Shown: positions 10,332 to 22,554, numbered from the stretch's first letter. The stretch is 64,000 nt of DNA from Archaeoglobus sp. (GCF_017656475.1 NZ_JACDNT010000002.1:33160-97159); one strand, 5' to 3'. The notes: generated from the sequence alone by a model not told the origin. Numbers and translations are program-made.

Positions 10332-10902
10332 AAATACCCCTCCCGACTATAATTCCATCAGCATACTTTACAGCCTCCAGACTACCCTTCTGAGCACCTA
10401 TTCCGGGACAGAGGATTTCCATGTCGCCAGCAACTCTCCTTATTTCCTTCAGCCTCTCAATTCTCGTTGATGGAGCTATAAGTCCGCTGCATCCAATTTC
10501 TCTAGCCTTCTCAGCGATTTTTAGCGAGACTGCACTCATGAACTCCTCCCCTCCGGGACTGCTGAGTTCTGTCACAACGTAAACCTTCCCCCCATACTCC
10601 GCTGCAACTCTGCAGACTTCTTTAAGCGTATCGCTGCCAACAAATCCGTGTGCAATCACCGACTCTGCAGAGTTCTCAAAGGCGATTTTCGCTATCAGAG
10701 AACTCGTGTATGGGATGTCGGCAATCTTGAAATCTGCTATAACGGGTTTAATTTTAGAGAGCTTTTTTATCACCTTTATACCAGCCGAGAGAACAAGGGG
10801 ATAGTTGACCTTTATTCTGTCAACATACTCCTCAACATTTCTCGCTATTTCAAGGGCTTTTTCTTCATCGAGAACGTCAAGAGCCAGTATCAGCTGTTTC
10901 AT
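10273..10902 (-). CDS. pyrF: Orotidine 5'-phosphate decarboxylase
   Basis: [16 protein letters not shown] (DxKxxD), PGIGAQ, IVGRGIY; start moved to MKQLIL. Confidence 0.95.
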   Translation of the reverse strand: MKQLILALDVLDEEKALEIARNVEEYVDRIKVNYPLVLSAGIKVIKKLSKIKPVIADFKIADIPYTSSLIAKIAFENSAESVIAHGFVGSDTLKEVCRVAAEYGGKVYVVTELSSPGGEEFMSAVSLKIAEKAREIGCSGLIAPSTRIERLKEIRRVAGDMEILCPGIGAQKGSLEAVKYADGIIVGRGIYDSRNPAEEARKFRQLLEI

Positions 10903-10992
10903 CGGGAAATGTTGAATGTGGGTAAAAATTACTTTTCCTTCCAAAAGCAATCCTGAGCAACAACTTTATACCGTTCTGCACGACCATGCATA

Positions 10993-12237
10993 ATGGTTAG
11001 GGAGAAGGGTTTCTGGAAGAGGGAGAGGGTTGATGAGGCTCTCAACAGGTTGCTTGGGAAGATTAAGGTCCTTGGTACCGAACATGTTAACGTTTACAAC
11101 CTCAACGGCCGTGTTTTGGCCGAAGACATTGTTGCAGGTTTCGATATTCCACGATTTGACAGGGCGGCGATGGATGGCTATGCTGTAAGGGCTGAGGACA
11201 CGTTTGGTGCTTCTGTCAACAATCCAATCATGCTCGAGCTTGCCGGCAGTGTGGAGATTGGAGAGACGCCTGAGGTAGAAGTGGAGCCGGGAAAAGCTGT
11301 CAGGATAATGACCGGAGCGATGATGCCTAAGGGTGCAAATGCGGTAGTTATGCTTGAGCACACGAGGATAAATGGCAACTTGATTGAAGTCTTGAAGGCC
11401 GTGACACCAATGAAAAACGTTTCGAGGAGGGGGGAGGACATAAAAGAGGGAGAGGTTGTCCTGAGAAAGGGGGAGATTCTCCAGCCTCAGGATGCCGGGG
11501 TGATTGCATCCCTTGGAATAGACAAAGTCAAGGTTTACCGGAAACCAAAAGTGGCCGTTATCACCACCGGAAACGAGCTTGTGGAGGTTGGTGAAGCAAT
11601 TGAAGGAGCAAAAATATACAACTCCAACAATCCGATGATATGCAACGCCCTCCTTGAATTTGGGTTTGAAGCGATTTCGCTGGGAATTGCGAGAGACTCC
11701 ATTGAAGATATACGGAATAAGGTTAGTGAAGCGCTAAAGTTTGATGCAGTTGTGATAACAGGGGGAACCTCTGTCGGCTCCAAGGACCTCGTTCCTGAAG
11801 TTATTGAAGAAATTGGAGAGATAGTATTTCACGGCGTTTCGATGAAGCCCGGAATGCCAACTGCAGCCGGTGTTGTTGATGGAAAGCCAGTTTTTATGCT
11901 CCCAGGCTCGCCGGCGGCAGCTCTGCTTGGATTTTACACCTTTGCTGTTCCTGCTATCTACAGGATGATGAATGTGAAAATTGTTGCGAGGAAATGGAGC
12001 AGGCAAAGAGGAATTCTGCAGGGAAGGGTTCCGTCGGAGACTGGGGTTAGAGGGAACGTCAGGGTTCACTGGCAAGATGGGAAAGTTTACCCGGTAAGGA
12101 TTTCGGGGTCGGGGGTTCTCAGCTCCTTCGTCAGGGCGAATGCCTTGCTTGTAGTGCCCGAGGAGAGAGAAGGCTACGAGGAGGGTGAGGAGGTAGAGGT
12201 TACGCTTTTGAGGGATGTAACAGAGGTGTTCGAATGA
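10993..12237 (+). CDS. moeA: Molybdopterin molybdotransferase MoeA
   Basis: AAMDGYAV, IMTGAMMPKGANAVVMLE, TGNEL, GGTSVG, KPGMP, LPGSP. Confidence 0.93.
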   Translation: MVREKGFWKRERVDEALNRLLGKIKVLGTEHVNVYNLNGRVLAEDIVAGFDIPRFDRAAMDGYAVRAEDTFGASVNNPIMLELAGSVEIGETPEVEVEPGKAVRIMTGAMMPKGANAVVMLEHTRINGNLIEVLKAVTPMKNVSRRGEDIKEGEVVLRKGEILQPQDAGVIASLGIDKVKVYRKPKVAVITTGNELVEVGEAIEGAKIYNSNNPMICNALLEFGFEAISLGIARDSIEDIRNKVSEALKFDAVVITGGTSVGSKDLVPEVIEEIGEIVFHGVSMKPGMPTAAGVVDGKPVFMLPGSPAAALLGFYTFAVPAIYRMMNVKIVARKWSRQRGILQGRVPSETGVRGNVRVHWQDGKVYPVRISGSGVLSSFVRANALLVVPEEREGYEEGEEVEVTLLRDVTEVFE

Positions 12238-14198
12238 GGAAGGTTTTCAGAGATGTTGTAACGATTGACGAAGCCCGGAATCTGCTTTTCAACTATTTCA
12301 CTCCCAAAAGAACTGTTGAGACTGTCCCGCTTTACCTTGCCGTAAATAGAGTTCTGGCAAAGGATGTTTACGCCCTCACCGACGTCCCACCTTTCGACAG
12401 GGCAACAATGGACGGCTACGCTGTCAGGGCTGAGGACACTTTTACCGCCGAGGAGGACAATCCGGTCATTTTGAAAGTCACAGGAGTGATTGAGGCCGGA
12501 AAAAAGCCAGAAATTGAGGTTAATAGAGGAGAGGCTGCTGAAATAGCCACAGGAGCCATGATGCCGAAGGGTGCAAACGCTGTGGTAATGGTAGAGTACA
12601 CGAGGAAAAGAGGAGATGAAATTGAAGTATTCAAGCCAGTCTCTCCGGGAGAGAACGTGATGTACGCGGGAAGCGACATAATGGCGGGAGAGTTAATAGC
12701 CAGAGAGGGATCAAGGCTGACTCACAGAGAAATCGGTGTTATGGCTGCATGCGGAATAAAAGAGGTTGAGGTGTACAGGAAGCCAAGAGTTGCAATAATC
12801 TCAACAGGAAATGAGCTGATTAGTCCGGGAGAAAAACTCGTGGAGGGTAAAATATACGACGTCAACTCCTACAGCCTAACTGCAGCAGTTGAGGAGAATG
12901 GCGGGGAAGCGATTTTAATTGGCATTGCGAGAGATGATGAAGCGGAGATGCGCAGACTTATTGATAAAGCTCTTAAAGATGCTGACATCGTTATTACGAG
13001 CGGAAGCACCTCTGCAGGAGCCGGAGACGTGATGTACCGCATTCTGGATGAATTCAATCCGGGTGTCATAGTTCACGGCATCGCCATAAAGCCCGGAAAA
13101 CCAGCTATTATAGCTGTGAGCGATTCAAAACCAATTTTCGGGTTGCCGGGATATCCCACCTCCGCCATGACAGTTTTCGAAGTTATAGTAGCGCCGATAA
13201 TAAGGGAAATGGCCGGAATTTCGGAAAGTGAGGTGGCAAGGCTAAAAGCAAAGCTGGCTTTGAAGGTTTTCTCGGCAGAGGGGAGGAGAGAGTATCTTCC
13301 AGTAAACGTTGTGGAGGGTGTCGAGGGTTACTCAGCCTATCCTGTGAGCGGCTCATACAGCGGAGCCGTTACCTCCTTTGCCTTCACAGATGGCTTTGTT
13401 GAAATTCCCGAGAACGTTGTCATGCTCGAAGAGGGGGAAGAGATTGAAGTTAAGCTCTTCAGCCATCTCAGACCTGCGGATTTGATGATAATAGGAAGCC
13501 ACTGCGTTGGTGTGGACATTCTTCTGTCAATTCTGCGGGAAAAGAGGCCATACATGAGCAAGGTTATAAACGTCGGTTCCACAGGCGGGATTCTTGCCGT
13601 AAAGAGGGGTGAGGCTGATATTGCCGGCACCCACCTGCTTGACGAGAGCGGAGTTTATAACGAGCCGATTGTGAGAAAATACGGGCTAAGGAATGTGTTG
13701 CTGGTTAAAGGTTACTTGAGGGAGCAGGGTTTGATAGTTGCAAATGGGAATCCCAAGAGAATTAGAGGCTTTGAAGACCTGCTGAGAGGGGATGTGACCT
13801 TCATCAACCGCAACCGGGGCAGTGGGACGAGGATTTTAACGGATATGTATCTCAGGGAGGTTGCCGAAAAGAGAGGTGTGAGTTTTCAGGAACTCACTGC
13901 TTCAATCAAGGGCTATACAGTTGAGGCAAAAACCCACACTTCCGTTGCGGTTTCGGTGGCAAGCGGGAAGGCTGATGTAGGGGTGGGGATAAAGAGTGTC
14001 ACGGTGAACTATGGCCTGGATTTCATACCACTGAGAAGTGAGGAGTACGATTTCCTGATAAGGAAAGACAGGATGGAAAAGGAAGCTGTGAGGGATTTTC
14101 TGGAGTGTTTAACTTCGGAGGAGTTTGCCAGCAGGCTTCAGAAAGTTGAGGGTTTGAAAGTCTATGAGAGGACTGGGGAAGTGGTGGAAATCGACTGA
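12234..14198 (+). CDS. moeA: MoeA fused to a C-terminal PBP-like domain (archaeal MoeA2 type)
   Basis: MoeA motifs followed by GSHC, GSTGG, INRNRGSGTR, EEYDFLI. Confidence 0.93.
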   Translation: MRKVFRDVVTIDEARNLLFNYFTPKRTVETVPLYLAVNRVLAKDVYALTDVPPFDRATMDGYAVRAEDTFTAEEDNPVILKVTGVIEAGKKPEIEVNRGEAAEIATGAMMPKGANAVVMVEYTRKRGDEIEVFKPVSPGENVMYAGSDIMAGELIAREGSRLTHREIGVMAACGIKEVEVYRKPRVAIISTGNELISPGEKLVEGKIYDVNSYSLTAAVEENGGEAILIGIARDDEAEMRRLIDKALKDADIVITSGSTSAGAGDVMYRILDEFNPGVIVHGIAIKPGKPAIIAVSDSKPIFGLPGYPTSAMTVFEVIVAPIIREMAGISESEVARLKAKLALKVFSAEGRREYLPVNVVEGVEGYSAYPVSGSYSGAVTSFAFTDGFVEIPENVVMLEEGEEIEVKLFSHLRPADLMIIGSHCVGVDILLSILREKRPYMSKVINVGSTGGILAVKRGEADIAGTHLLDESGVYNEPIVRKYGLRNVLLVKGYLREQGLIVANGNPKRIRGFEDLLRGDVTFINRNRGSGTRILTDMYLREVAEKRGVSFQELTASIKGYTVEAKTHTSVAVSVASGKADVGVGIKSVTVNYGLDFIPLRSEEYDFLIRKDRMEKEAVRDFLECLTSEEFASRLQKVEGLKVYERTGEVVEID

Positions 14199-14250
14199 AC
14201 ATTAATCCAAAATCAAAAAGCATTTTAAATCTCCTTCCCACTCAGCCTTC

Positions 14251-16251
14251 ATGCTACTCCTCGAACACGAATCCAAAGCTCTGCTTGAGAAATACGGCAT
14301 AAAAACAGCAGCATGCACCTTCTGCGAGACGGAAGAGCAAGCCATTAGGGCAGCAAAGCAAATAGGCTTCCCGGTTGTGATGAAGGTTGCTGGGAGAGAG
14401 ATAGTCCACAAGAGTGATGTCGGTGGAGTTATTCTGAACATCAACTCTGAAGAAGAAGTAAAAAAGGCTTTCCAGGCTTTGATGTCCATACCAAAGGCTG
14501 AAGGAGTCAATGTGCAGCCTCAGGTCGAGAAGGGGATTGAGGTCATAGTTGGTGTTGCTGAGAACGAGCAGTTCGGAAGCGTTGTCATGTTTGGCTTGGG
14601 TGGTGTTTTTGTTGAAGTTCTGAAGGATGTTAGCTTCAGGTTGTTGCCTTTAACGAGAAGGGATGCCGAGGAGATGGTGAGGGAGGTTAAGGGGTATAAG
14701 CTGCTTGAAGGCTACAGAGGGATGAAGGGTGATGTTGGGGCTGTTGTTGATCTGCTTTTAAAGCTAAATGAAATTGTTGAGAAAGAAAGTATAGTGGAGA
14801 TGGATTTGAATCCCGTTTTTGTCTATGAGAAAGGACTGGTTGTTGCTGATGCCAGGATTGTTGTTGGGGAAAGGAAGAGGTTCGATATGGAAATTGGGGA
14901 TATAGACTTCTTCTTCAATGCAGAGAGTGTGGCGGTTGTTGGTGCTTCGACAAATCCAATTAAGGTCGGAAACTCTGTCTTGAAGAGCCTGATGTCAAAC
15001 GAGAATCTGAGGATTTACCCCATAAACCCGAAAGCGAACGAAATTCTTGGGCTGAAAACTTATCCCTCCATAAAATCCCTTCCCGAAGTCCCGGATATTG
15101 CGATTATAACTGTCCCTGCCGATTACGTTGTTGATGCTGTCAGAGAGGCTGCTGAAATTGGAGTGAGGGGAGTTGTGATAATCTCGTCCGGATTTAAGGA
15201 GGCCGAAGTTGAGGAAGGAAAGCTCAGGGAAGAAGAGCTGAGGAAAATCGTCAGAGAATACGGAATAAGGATAATAGGGCCAAACACCTTCGGCATAGTC
15301 AGTGTAATCAACGGCTTAAATGCCAGCTTCACACCGATGTTCAGCGAGGTGAAGAAGGGCAGAATAGCGCTGGTTTCGCAGAGCGGCGGGATATGCCACT
15401 ACACTGTTCATCAATTCAGGGATTTAGGGTTCAGCCATATCCTGCATCTTGGAAACAGGTGCGATGTCGATTTTCCAGACGCGCTGAGGTTTTTAGCCAA
15501 TGACGAGAATACCGATGTCGTCGCACTCTACATCGAAGGCACTGAAAACGGAAGAGGAATCTTTGAAGAGCTAAAAGAGCTCTGCAAGAGGAAAAAGGTT
15601 GTGGTGATGAAGTCTGGAAGGAGCAGTGTTGCTGACAAGGCATCGGTGAGCCACACGGGAAGCATGGCGGGGGATTACAGAGTCTTTGCCTCAGCCATGA
15701 GGCAGGCTGGGGCGGTTGTTGTGGAAACTCCAACGGAACTGATGGACTCAGCTATGGCAATGGCAAAATTTGAGGAGGTAAAAGGTGGAGTTGCAGTGCT
15801 GACAATACAGGCCGGCCTTGGAATCGTTGCTGCCGACATCATCGAGACCTCTGGCGGTAGGCTGGCAAAATTTGGAGATGAGACTGTGAGGAAGCTGAAA
15901 AGCCTGCTACCCCCGATAACTCTCAGAGAGAACCCCGTGGATATGTCGTTCAGCGGTCTCGACCTTCATGTTTTTGCTGAAGTTATAGATACAGTCTGCC
16001 AGGATGAAGATACCGGAATGGTAATGTTCCTTTACGCTGTCGCACCACCAAGCTGGGTTTTACCGGCTGAGGTAATCTCGCAGATAATGGGCAGAATGAC
16101 CAAGCCGTCCATTCTTGTCTATTCATCAACTCCAGAGAACTACGCAGAAATCAAGGAAGTATTAAAGGACTCTGAAACTCTGATATTCGACTCAGTAGAG
16201 AGGGCTGCAAGAGTTGCCGCAATTCTGTCAGACAAACGAAACTATTTTTAA
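14251..16251 (+). CDS. ADP-forming acyl-CoA synthetase, fused beta-alpha order
   Basis: N-terminal ATP-grasp ([14 protein letters not shown]), then CoA-binding VAVVGAS, GPNTFG, SQSGG and phospho-His SHTGSMAG. Confidence 0.9.
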   Translation: MLLLEHESKALLEKYGIKTAACTFCETEEQAIRAAKQIGFPVVMKVAGREIVHKSDVGGVILNINSEEEVKKAFQALMSIPKAEGVNVQPQVEKGIEVIVGVAENEQFGSVVMFGLGGVFVEVLKDVSFRLLPLTRRDAEEMVREVKGYKLLEGYRGMKGDVGAVVDLLLKLNEIVEKESIVEMDLNPVFVYEKGLVVADARIVVGERKRFDMEIGDIDFFFNAESVAVVGASTNPIKVGNSVLKSLMSNENLRIYPINPKANEILGLKTYPSIKSLPEVPDIAIITVPADYVVDAVREAAEIGVRGVVIISSGFKEAEVEEGKLREEELRKIVREYGIRIIGPNTFGIVSVINGLNASFTPMFSEVKKGRIALVSQSGGICHYTVHQFRDLGFSHILHLGNRCDVDFPDALRFLANDENTDVVALYIEGTENGRGIFEELKELCKRKKVVVMKSGRSSVADKASVSHTGSMAGDYRVFASAMRQAGAVVVETPTELMDSAMAMAKFEEVKGGVAVLTIQAGLGIVAADIIETSGGRLAKFGDETVRKLKSLLPPITLRENPVDMSFSGLDLHVFAEVIDTVCQDEDTGMVMFLYAVAPPSWVLPAEVISQIMGRMTKPSILVYSSTPENYAEIKEVLKDSETLIFDSVERAARVAAILSDKRNYF

Positions 16252-16273
16252 TTTCACCCTGCATTTCAGGTTG

Positions 16274-17146
16274 ATGTTGCTGGTTTATATTGACGGTGAG
16301 TTCGTCCCGGAAAATGAAGCGAAGATAAGCATCTTTGACCACGGCTTTCTTTACGGAGATGGAGTTTTTGAGGGGATAAGAGCTTACAACGGAAGAGTTT
16401 TTCGGCTAAAAGAGCACATAGACCGCCTTTACGACTCCGCCAAAGCCATCGATCTTGAGATACCTCTCACCAAGGAGGAGTTCATGGAGATAATTCTTGA
16501 AACGCTGAGAAAAAACAACCTCAGAGATGCATATATCAGGCCGATTGTTACAAGAGGGGTTGGTGACCTTGGCCTCGATCCGAGAAAATGTCAGAAGCCC
16601 TCGATAATAGTCATAACAAAGCCATGGGGTAAGCTCTACGGAGACCTCTACGAGAGGGGCTTAACGGCAGTCACTGTTGGAGTGAGAAGGAACTCTTTTG
16701 ATGCACTTCCGCCAAATATAAAGTCTCTCAACTACCTCAACAACATTCTGGCAAAGATTGAAGCGAATGCAAAAGGAGGAGATGAGGCTATCTTCCTTGA
16801 CAGAAATGGCTACGTTTCAGAGGGGAGCGGGGATAACATTTTTGTGGTTAAAAATGGGGCAATTACCACACCACCAACAATAAACAACCTCAGAGGAATT
16901 ACGAGAGAGGCTGTGATAGAAATAATAAACAAACTCGGAATCCCGTTCAGGGAGACAAACATCGGTCTCTACGACCTCTACACGGCAGACGAGGTTTTTG
17001 TCACCGGCACTGCTGCTGAAATCGCACCAATTGTAGTTATTGATGGCAGAAAAATCGGTGATGGTAAGCCGGGAGAGATAACGAGAAAGCTTATGGAAGA
17101 GTTCAAAAAGCTCACTGAAAACGAGGGCACCCCAATCTATGAGTGA
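16274..17146 (+). CDS. ilvE: Branched-chain amino acid aminotransferase
   Basis: [35 protein letters not shown]. Confidence 0.95.
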   Translation: MLLVYIDGEFVPENEAKISIFDHGFLYGDGVFEGIRAYNGRVFRLKEHIDRLYDSAKAIDLEIPLTKEEFMEIILETLRKNNLRDAYIRPIVTRGVGDLGLDPRKCQKPSIIVITKPWGKLYGDLYERGLTAVTVGVRRNSFDALPPNIKSLNYLNNILAKIEANAKGGDEAIFLDRNGYVSEGSGDNIFVVKNGAITTPPTINNLRGITREAVIEIINKLGIPFRETNIGLYDLYTADEVFVTGTAAEIAPIVVIDGRKIGDGKPGEITRKLMEEFKKLTENEGTPIYE

Positions 17147-17654
17147 AGTTCTGATTACACTAATCGTAGAGCTTGAGGACAGGCCGGGTCAGTTGCTAAA
17201 AGTTCTGCAGCCAATTTCGGCACTTGGAGGAAACATTGTTGGAATTATCCACCAGAGAGGGAAAAAGACACCTCTGAACAGACTGCCAGTCGAAATTTCG
17301 TTTAAAATAGATAGCAGCAAGGTGGAAAACCTTATAAAAGAGCTGAAATCGCTTGGAATAATTATAAGGAGCTTCAATGAGGTGAAGCTTACTGCAACTA
17401 CATCAGTTCTTCTAATAGGTCATCTCATCCACACGGACATCAGTGACACAATAAGCAGCATTGACACTGATGGCGAAGCGGAGTGTGTGGAGATGCATGT
17501 CAGCATGCCAGAGATTTCCGGTCCTTCGACTGCAATAATAACCATCTCAGCTTCAGGGAAGGAGAAGCTCAAAGAGGCTTTAGAAAAGCTGCGGGAAGTT
17601 TGCAGAAGAAAGGAAATAACGATAATCGAGCCGGTTAACGAGGAGCTAATATGA
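17139..17654 (+). CDS. Tandem ACT-domain protein associated with homoserine dehydrogenase
   Basis: LEDRPGQL...GGNIVGI ACT motif; translationally coupled to hom. Confidence 0.85.
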   Translation: MSEVLITLIVELEDRPGQLLKVLQPISALGGNIVGIIHQRGKKTPLNRLPVEISFKIDSSKVENLIKELKSLGIIIRSFNEVKLTATTSVLLIGHLIHTDISDTISSIDTDGEAECVEMHVSMPEISGPSTAIITISASGKEKLKEALEKLREVCRRKEITIIEPVNEELI

Positions 17655-18631
17655 TTAAAATCGCCATCATCGGGTTCGGAACAGTTGGACAGGGATTTGC
17701 TGAACTTTTGGTCAGGAAAAGGGACGAGATCGAGAAAGCCATTGGGGAATTCAAGGTTACCGCAATTGCAGACTCCAAAAGCTCGATAAGCGGTGAATTC
17801 AGCCTTTCTGACACCATTAAAATGAAAAGGGAGACTGGAAGGCTCAGAGATGATGTCAGCGCTATGGAGATTGTAAGAAATGCTGAATACGACGTTTTGG
17901 TTGAGGCCAGCGTGACTAAAATTGGGGGTGGAGATGCAGTTGAATACATCACGGAAGCCCTCAGGAGAGGGAAGCATGTAATTACGTCAAACAAGGGGCC
18001 AATTGTTGCCGATTTTGATGGTTTAATGAAGCTTGCAGAGAAGAACGGAGTAAAGCTCATGTATGAAGCCACTGTCGGAGGGGCGATGCCGGTTGTAAAG
18101 CTGGCAAAGAAGTACCTCGCATTTTGCGAAATTGAGAGTGTGAAGGGGATCTTCAACGGCACCTGCAATTACATACTATCAAGAATGGAAGAGGAAAGGC
18201 TCCCTTACGAGCAGATTCTCAAGGAAGCTCAGGAGCTTGGGTACGCTGAGGCTGACCCAACATACGACGTCGAGGGGATTGATGCCGCACTTAAGCTCGT
18301 AATAATCGCTAACACAATCGGTGTGAGTGCAAGGTATGAGGATGTTGAGGTGACGGGAATAACGCAGATAACCCCCGAAGCTTTTCAGGTTGCTGCTGAG
18401 AAAGGCTACACCATAAGGCTCATCGCAGAGGTTAGCAGGGAAAAGCTGAAAGTATCTCCGCGGCTTGTTCCACTGCACCATCCTCTCTCAATCAGGGGGG
18501 CGATGAATGCAGCCATGTTCAAAACGGATACTGCAGGAAACATCTTCGTCGCTGGCAGGGGAGCGGGAAAGGAGGAGACGGCATCAGCCATGCTGTCTGA
18601 CTTTTACGAGATTTATGCTGGATCTCATTAA
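17651..18631 (+). CDS. hom: Homoserine dehydrogenase
   Basis: GFGTVG, NKGP, YEATVGG, NGTCNYIL, GYAEADP..DVEG.DAALK. Confidence 0.95.
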   Translation: MIKIAIIGFGTVGQGFAELLVRKRDEIEKAIGEFKVTAIADSKSSISGEFSLSDTIKMKRETGRLRDDVSAMEIVRNAEYDVLVEASVTKIGGGDAVEYITEALRRGKHVITSNKGPIVADFDGLMKLAEKNGVKLMYEATVGGAMPVVKLAKKYLAFCEIESVKGIFNGTCNYILSRMEEERLPYEQILKEAQELGYAEADPTYDVEGIDAALKLVIIANTIGVSARYEDVEVTGITQITPEAFQVAAEKGYTIRLIAEVSREKLKVSPRLVPLHHPLSIRGAMNAAMFKTDTAGNIFVAGRGAGKEETASAMLSDFYEIYAGSH

Positions 18632-19337
18632 GTTTTTAATAGTCCTTGGATTTTTGTTATACGCCTGCAAGCTCGACTTGGAGAGCAGAATAATCCCAAA
18701 TCGAGTATGGAAGTACATGCTGCTCGTCTCACTCCCCATAACAGGATATCAGCTCGTTACAAGTGATTATTTGATGATACACTATATGGTGGCCGGATTT
18801 TTCGTTCTGATGGTTATCGCTCTCTCCTATGCCCTCTACCTTATCGGAGCTTACGGAGGGGCTGATGCAAAAGCGATAATGTGCCTCGCCGTAATCTTCC
18901 CGTTTTATCCAACCTTCAACGGCTTCCCTATGCTCAACCAGGGATTTTCTTTCGCCTTCTCAACGCTCGCCAACTCTGTAATAGCCGCTCCACTGCTCCT
19001 GATTTTTATGTTTTTCCGCAACCTGGTGAGAGAGGGTTGGAGAGGGCTGAGAGGGAACGTTCTCTATTATTTCACAGGTTACAGGGCTGACGTAAAAAAC
19101 CTGCCGAAGTTCCACAACCTGCTCGAATTCGTAGACGAGAATGGAGAGTTCAAGCGTGTCAGGAGGGCTGTTGAGCCGGATGAGAGGATGCTTGAAAGAC
19201 TGAGAAAGAGTGGTGTGGAGAAGGTCTGGGTCACTCCCGCATTACCATTCTTAATATTCATCACCGCAGGATATATCGTTGCATTTATTTTCGGGGATTT
19301 ACTGTATCTGCCAATCTCCACCATTTTAAGCTGGTGA
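18615..19337 (+). CDS. A24 prepilin/prearchaellin peptidase (FlaK/PibD-like)
   Basis: LDL.SR.IPN, GGADAK (GxGD-like), VWVTPALPF, multiple TM segments. Confidence 0.88.
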   Translation: MLDLIKFLIVLGFLLYACKLDLESRIIPNRVWKYMLLVSLPITGYQLVTSDYLMIHYMVAGFFVLMVIALSYALYLIGAYGGADAKAIMCLAVIFPFYPTFNGFPMLNQGFSFAFSTLANSVIAAPLLLIFMFFRNLVREGWRGLRGNVLYYFTGYRADVKNLPKFHNLLEFVDENGEFKRVRRAVEPDERMLERLRKSGVEKVWVTPALPFLIFITAGYIVAFIFGDLLYLPISTILSW

Positions 19338-19388
19338 AAGGTTTATATATCCTCCTAATGGATTTAACGAAAAACCAGAAAGGAGGAG

Positions 19389-20666
19389 ATGGGTATGGCT
19401 AAGGAAAAGGAGCACATTAATGTTGCCTTCATAGGGCATGTGGACCACGGAAAGAGCACTCTGATTGGAAGGCTGCTTTACGAAACTGGTGAGATTCCGG
19501 AGCACATAATTGAGAAAATGAGGAAAGAAGCTCAGGAGAAGGGCAAAGCTACATTCGAGTTCGCATGGGTCATGGACAGACTGAAGGAGGAGAGGGAGAG
19601 AGGAGTTACCATCGATGTAGCCCACAGAAAGTTCGAGACTGAGAAGTACTACATCACCATTGTCGACTGCCCCGGTCACAGGGACTTTATCAAGAACATG
19701 ATTACTGGAGCTTCCCAAGCTGATGCAGCGGTTCTCGTCATGGATGTTGTTGAAAAGGTCCAGCCACAGACCAGGGAGCACATATTCCTTGCAAGAACTC
19801 TCGGTATAAACCAGCTGATCGTGGCAATTAACAAGATGGACAGAGTTAACTACGACCAGAAGGAGTACGAGGCAGCTAAGGAGGCAGTAAGCAAGCTGCT
19901 CAAGATGGTGGGTTACAAGGTCGATGAGATTCCGTTCATTCCAGTCTCAGCATACTACGGAGACAACGTCGCCAAGAAGAGCGACAAGACTCCGTGGTAC
20001 AACGGACCGACTCTGATGGAGGCGTTCGACCTTCTCAAGCCGCCGGAGAAGCTCGTGGACAAGCCGCTCAGAATCCCCATCCAGGATGTCTACTCGATCA
20101 GCGGTGTTGGTACGGTGCCTGTGGGGAGAGTTGAGAGCGGTGTGCTGAGAGTTGGAGACAAGGTCGTGTTTGAGCCTGCTGGTGTGAGCGGTGAAGTCAA
20201 GAGCATCGAAATGCACCACGAGCCAATTCAGGAAGCGTATCCAGGAGACAACATCGGTTTCAACGTTAGAGGTGTGAGCAAGAAGGACATCAGAAGAGGA
20301 GATGTCGCAGGACATCCGGACAACCCGCCAACCGTGGTTAAGGACTTCACAGCCCAGCTCGTCGTTCTGCAGCACCCAACTGCAATTACAGTAGGTTACA
20401 CTCCAGTTGTGCATGCGCACACGGCACAGATCGCCTGCAGGTTCGTTGAGCTCCAGAAGAAGATCGACCCAAGGACTGGTCAGGTTAAGGAAGAGAACCC
20501 GCAGTTCCTTAAGACTGGAGACGCTGCAATCGTGAAGCTTGAGCCAACAAGACCGATGGTCATCGAGAAGGTCAAGGACATTCCACCGATGGGCAGGTTC
20601 GCTATCAGAGACATGGGTATGACCATTGGAGCCGGAATGGTTCTCGATCTTACCCCAAGAAAATAA
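19389..20666 (+). CDS. tuf: Elongation factor 1-alpha
   Basis: [30 protein letters not shown]. Confidence 0.98.
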   Translation: MGMAKEKEHINVAFIGHVDHGKSTLIGRLLYETGEIPEHIIEKMRKEAQEKGKATFEFAWVMDRLKEERERGVTIDVAHRKFETEKYYITIVDCPGHRDFIKNMITGASQADAAVLVMDVVEKVQPQTREHIFLARTLGINQLIVAINKMDRVNYDQKEYEAAKEAVSKLLKMVGYKVDEIPFIPVSAYYGDNVAKKSDKTPWYNGPTLMEAFDLLKPPEKLVDKPLRIPIQDVYSISGVGTVPVGRVESGVLRVGDKVVFEPAGVSGEVKSIEMHHEPIQEAYPGDNIGFNVRGVSKKDIRRGDVAGHPDNPPTVVKDFTAQLVVLQHPTAITVGYTPVVHAHTAQIACRFVELQKKIDPRTGQVKEENPQFLKTGDAAIVKLEPTRPMVIEKVKDIPPMGRFAIRDMGMTIGAGMVLDLTPRK

Positions 20667-20687
20667 CCTTATTTTTTTGGTGGTCTA

Positions 20688-21008
20688 ATGCCGATAAAAG
20701 GTCCTAAGGCAAGAATCAAGCTCTCTGGTCTGAATCCAAAGGAACTGGATAGAATCTGCAGCCAGATCAAGGAGATCGCAAACAAGACTGGTGTTGAGCT
20801 GAGCGGGCCGGTACCTCTCCCCACAAGGAGGATGGTCGTTCCAGTGAGGAAGGCCCCGGACGGAGAGGGCAGTGAAACCTGGGATCACTGGGAAATGAGG
20901 GTTCACAAGAGGCTCATAGACATTTCAGCGGACGAAAGAGCGTTGAGGCAGATAATGAGAATTCAGGTTCCGAGAGACGTGAACATTGAAATCGTCCTCG
21001 AATCCTGA
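20688..21008 (+). CDS. rps10: 30S ribosomal protein S10 (uS10)
   Basis: [30 protein letters not shown]. Confidence 0.97.
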   Translation: MPIKGPKARIKLSGLNPKELDRICSQIKEIANKTGVELSGPVPLPTRRMVVPVRKAPDGEGSETWDHWEMRVHKRLIDISADERALRQIMRIQVPRDVNIEIVLES

Positions 21009-21926
21009 ATGTTATTTAAAATCACTTTTCTTGGAACTTCCGGCACTATTCCAAGCGTGGAGAGGAATTCCCCCGCTATTTTTGTCCAATTTGGCGGGCA
21101 GAGAATGCTTTTTGATTGTGGCGAGGGGACGCAGAGACAGATGATGATAGCCAAAACCGGCTTTCGTAACCTCGACAACATTTTCATAACTCACCTACAC
21201 ACTGACCACTTCATCGGCATTTTTGGACTGATTGAGACGATGTCCTTGAATGAGAGAACCAAAGACCTCAACGTTTACTCTCCAAGGGCTGACGTGCTGA
21301 AAGCGCTTTTCGATGCTTTCGGATACGACCAGCTCAACTACGATGTGAAGGTGAGGGAGCTGAAAGACGGGGATGAGGTAAAGTTTGACGACTTCAAAGT
21401 TGTTGCATTCAAAACGGAGCACATAGTCAAGAGCGTTGGATATGCAATCATAGAGAACGACAGAAGAGGGAAGTTCAACAGAGAAAAAGCGGAGAGAGAG
21501 CTTGGAATCCCCCCAGGGCCGCTTTACGCAAAGCTTGCAAGGGGAGAGGAGATAGTCTGGAAAGGAAAGGTGATAACACCGGATATGGTTCTCGGTGAAG
21601 TTAGAAGGGGGAGGAAGGTTGTATACACCGGTGACACGAGGCCAACTGAAAGAACGGTTGAAATTGCAAGGGATGCAGATCTGCTCATCCATGACGCCTC
21701 CTTTAAGGAAGAGTTGAAGGAGTGGGCAATAGAGAGCGGTCACTCAACTGCGAGAGAGGCGGCAGAGGTTGCAAAAGCTGCGAACGTTAAAAAACTCATT
21801 CTCACACACATAAGCACTCGCTATTCAAAGGATGCTACTCCCTTACTTGAAGAGGCCAAGGAAGTTTTTAGTAACACAATAATAGCAAGTGACTTTCTTA
21901 GTATTGAAGTAAATTACAAAAGATAA
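21009..21926 (+). CDS. rnz: Ribonuclease Z
   Basis: LGTSG, DCGEGTQ, THLHTDH, GP exosite, GDT, HST, THIS.RY. Confidence 0.95.
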   Translation: MLFKITFLGTSGTIPSVERNSPAIFVQFGGQRMLFDCGEGTQRQMMIAKTGFRNLDNIFITHLHTDHFIGIFGLIETMSLNERTKDLNVYSPRADVLKALFDAFGYDQLNYDVKVRELKDGDEVKFDDFKVVAFKTEHIVKSVGYAIIENDRRGKFNREKAERELGIPPGPLYAKLARGEEIVWKGKVITPDMVLGEVRRGRKVVYTGDTRPTERTVEIARDADLLIHDASFKEELKEWAIESGHSTAREAAEVAKAANVKKLILTHISTRYSKDATPLLEEAKEVFSNTIIASDFLSIEVNYKR

Positions 21927-21967
21927 CAAATTATATATAACTCTTTACCGCATGGTAGCCCGGTGAT

Positions 21968-22468
21968 TTGATGAGAAAATTGTATGCCATACTGGTCCTA
22001 ATTGCACTCGCATTGGTTCTGGGCGGGTGCTCCGGGCAGAATGAGAGTCCAGCAGCAACCACAACTCCGACTGAGAGTGTACAGGAAGAACAGCAAGAAC
22101 AGCAAGAGGGAGGAAATCCATACTACACTACCAGCGAGGCACCTCTCAGTGGAGATGCCAAAGAACTTGACGAGATGGTAAGGCCCATTCTGAATGACAT
22201 TTTCGGAGGGGCGAAGGCGGAGTCTTTCTTGTCTGGATCTTCCGATTCTGGTATGGGTGTTTCCATACTTTACGTGTTGAAGAGACCGGTTGAAAACAGC
22301 GATTTGGAGTCACTGAAAACAGCCATCTCCAACTTGGGGTTCAGCACCAATTACGGTGGGGTCAATGGGCAGGATTTTGGCTACGCCTTCACAAAGGATC
22401 AAACAGCACTTTTAATTGGTGGCACCATCGGAGAGCAGAGGATTCAGGTTACCCTGGGGACGGGGTAG
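21968..22468 (+). CDS. Hypothetical lipoprotein
   Basis: Signal peptide with LGGC lipobox, T/Q/E-rich linker; TATA-like ttatatataa upstream. Confidence 0.75.
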   Translation: MMRKLYAILVLIALALVLGGCSGQNESPAATTTPTESVQEEQQEQQEGGNPYYTTSEAPLSGDAKELDEMVRPILNDIFGGAKAESFLSGSSDSGMGVSILYVLKRPVENSDLESLKTAISNLGFSTNYGGVNGQDFGYAFTKDQTALLIGGTIGEQRIQVTLGTG

Positions 22469-22554
22469 CCAGTCCTATTGTTTTATTTTTATTTCGTCAA
22501 GTCAGTGCAAACATGCCGCCATCTATTCTCGAGAAGTTAAATTAAACCACTTAA

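Noticed and set aside
11150-12600. Nucleotide similarity between the two moeA genes
   Set aside because: Explained by conserved paralogous protein motifs; the pair is common in archaea
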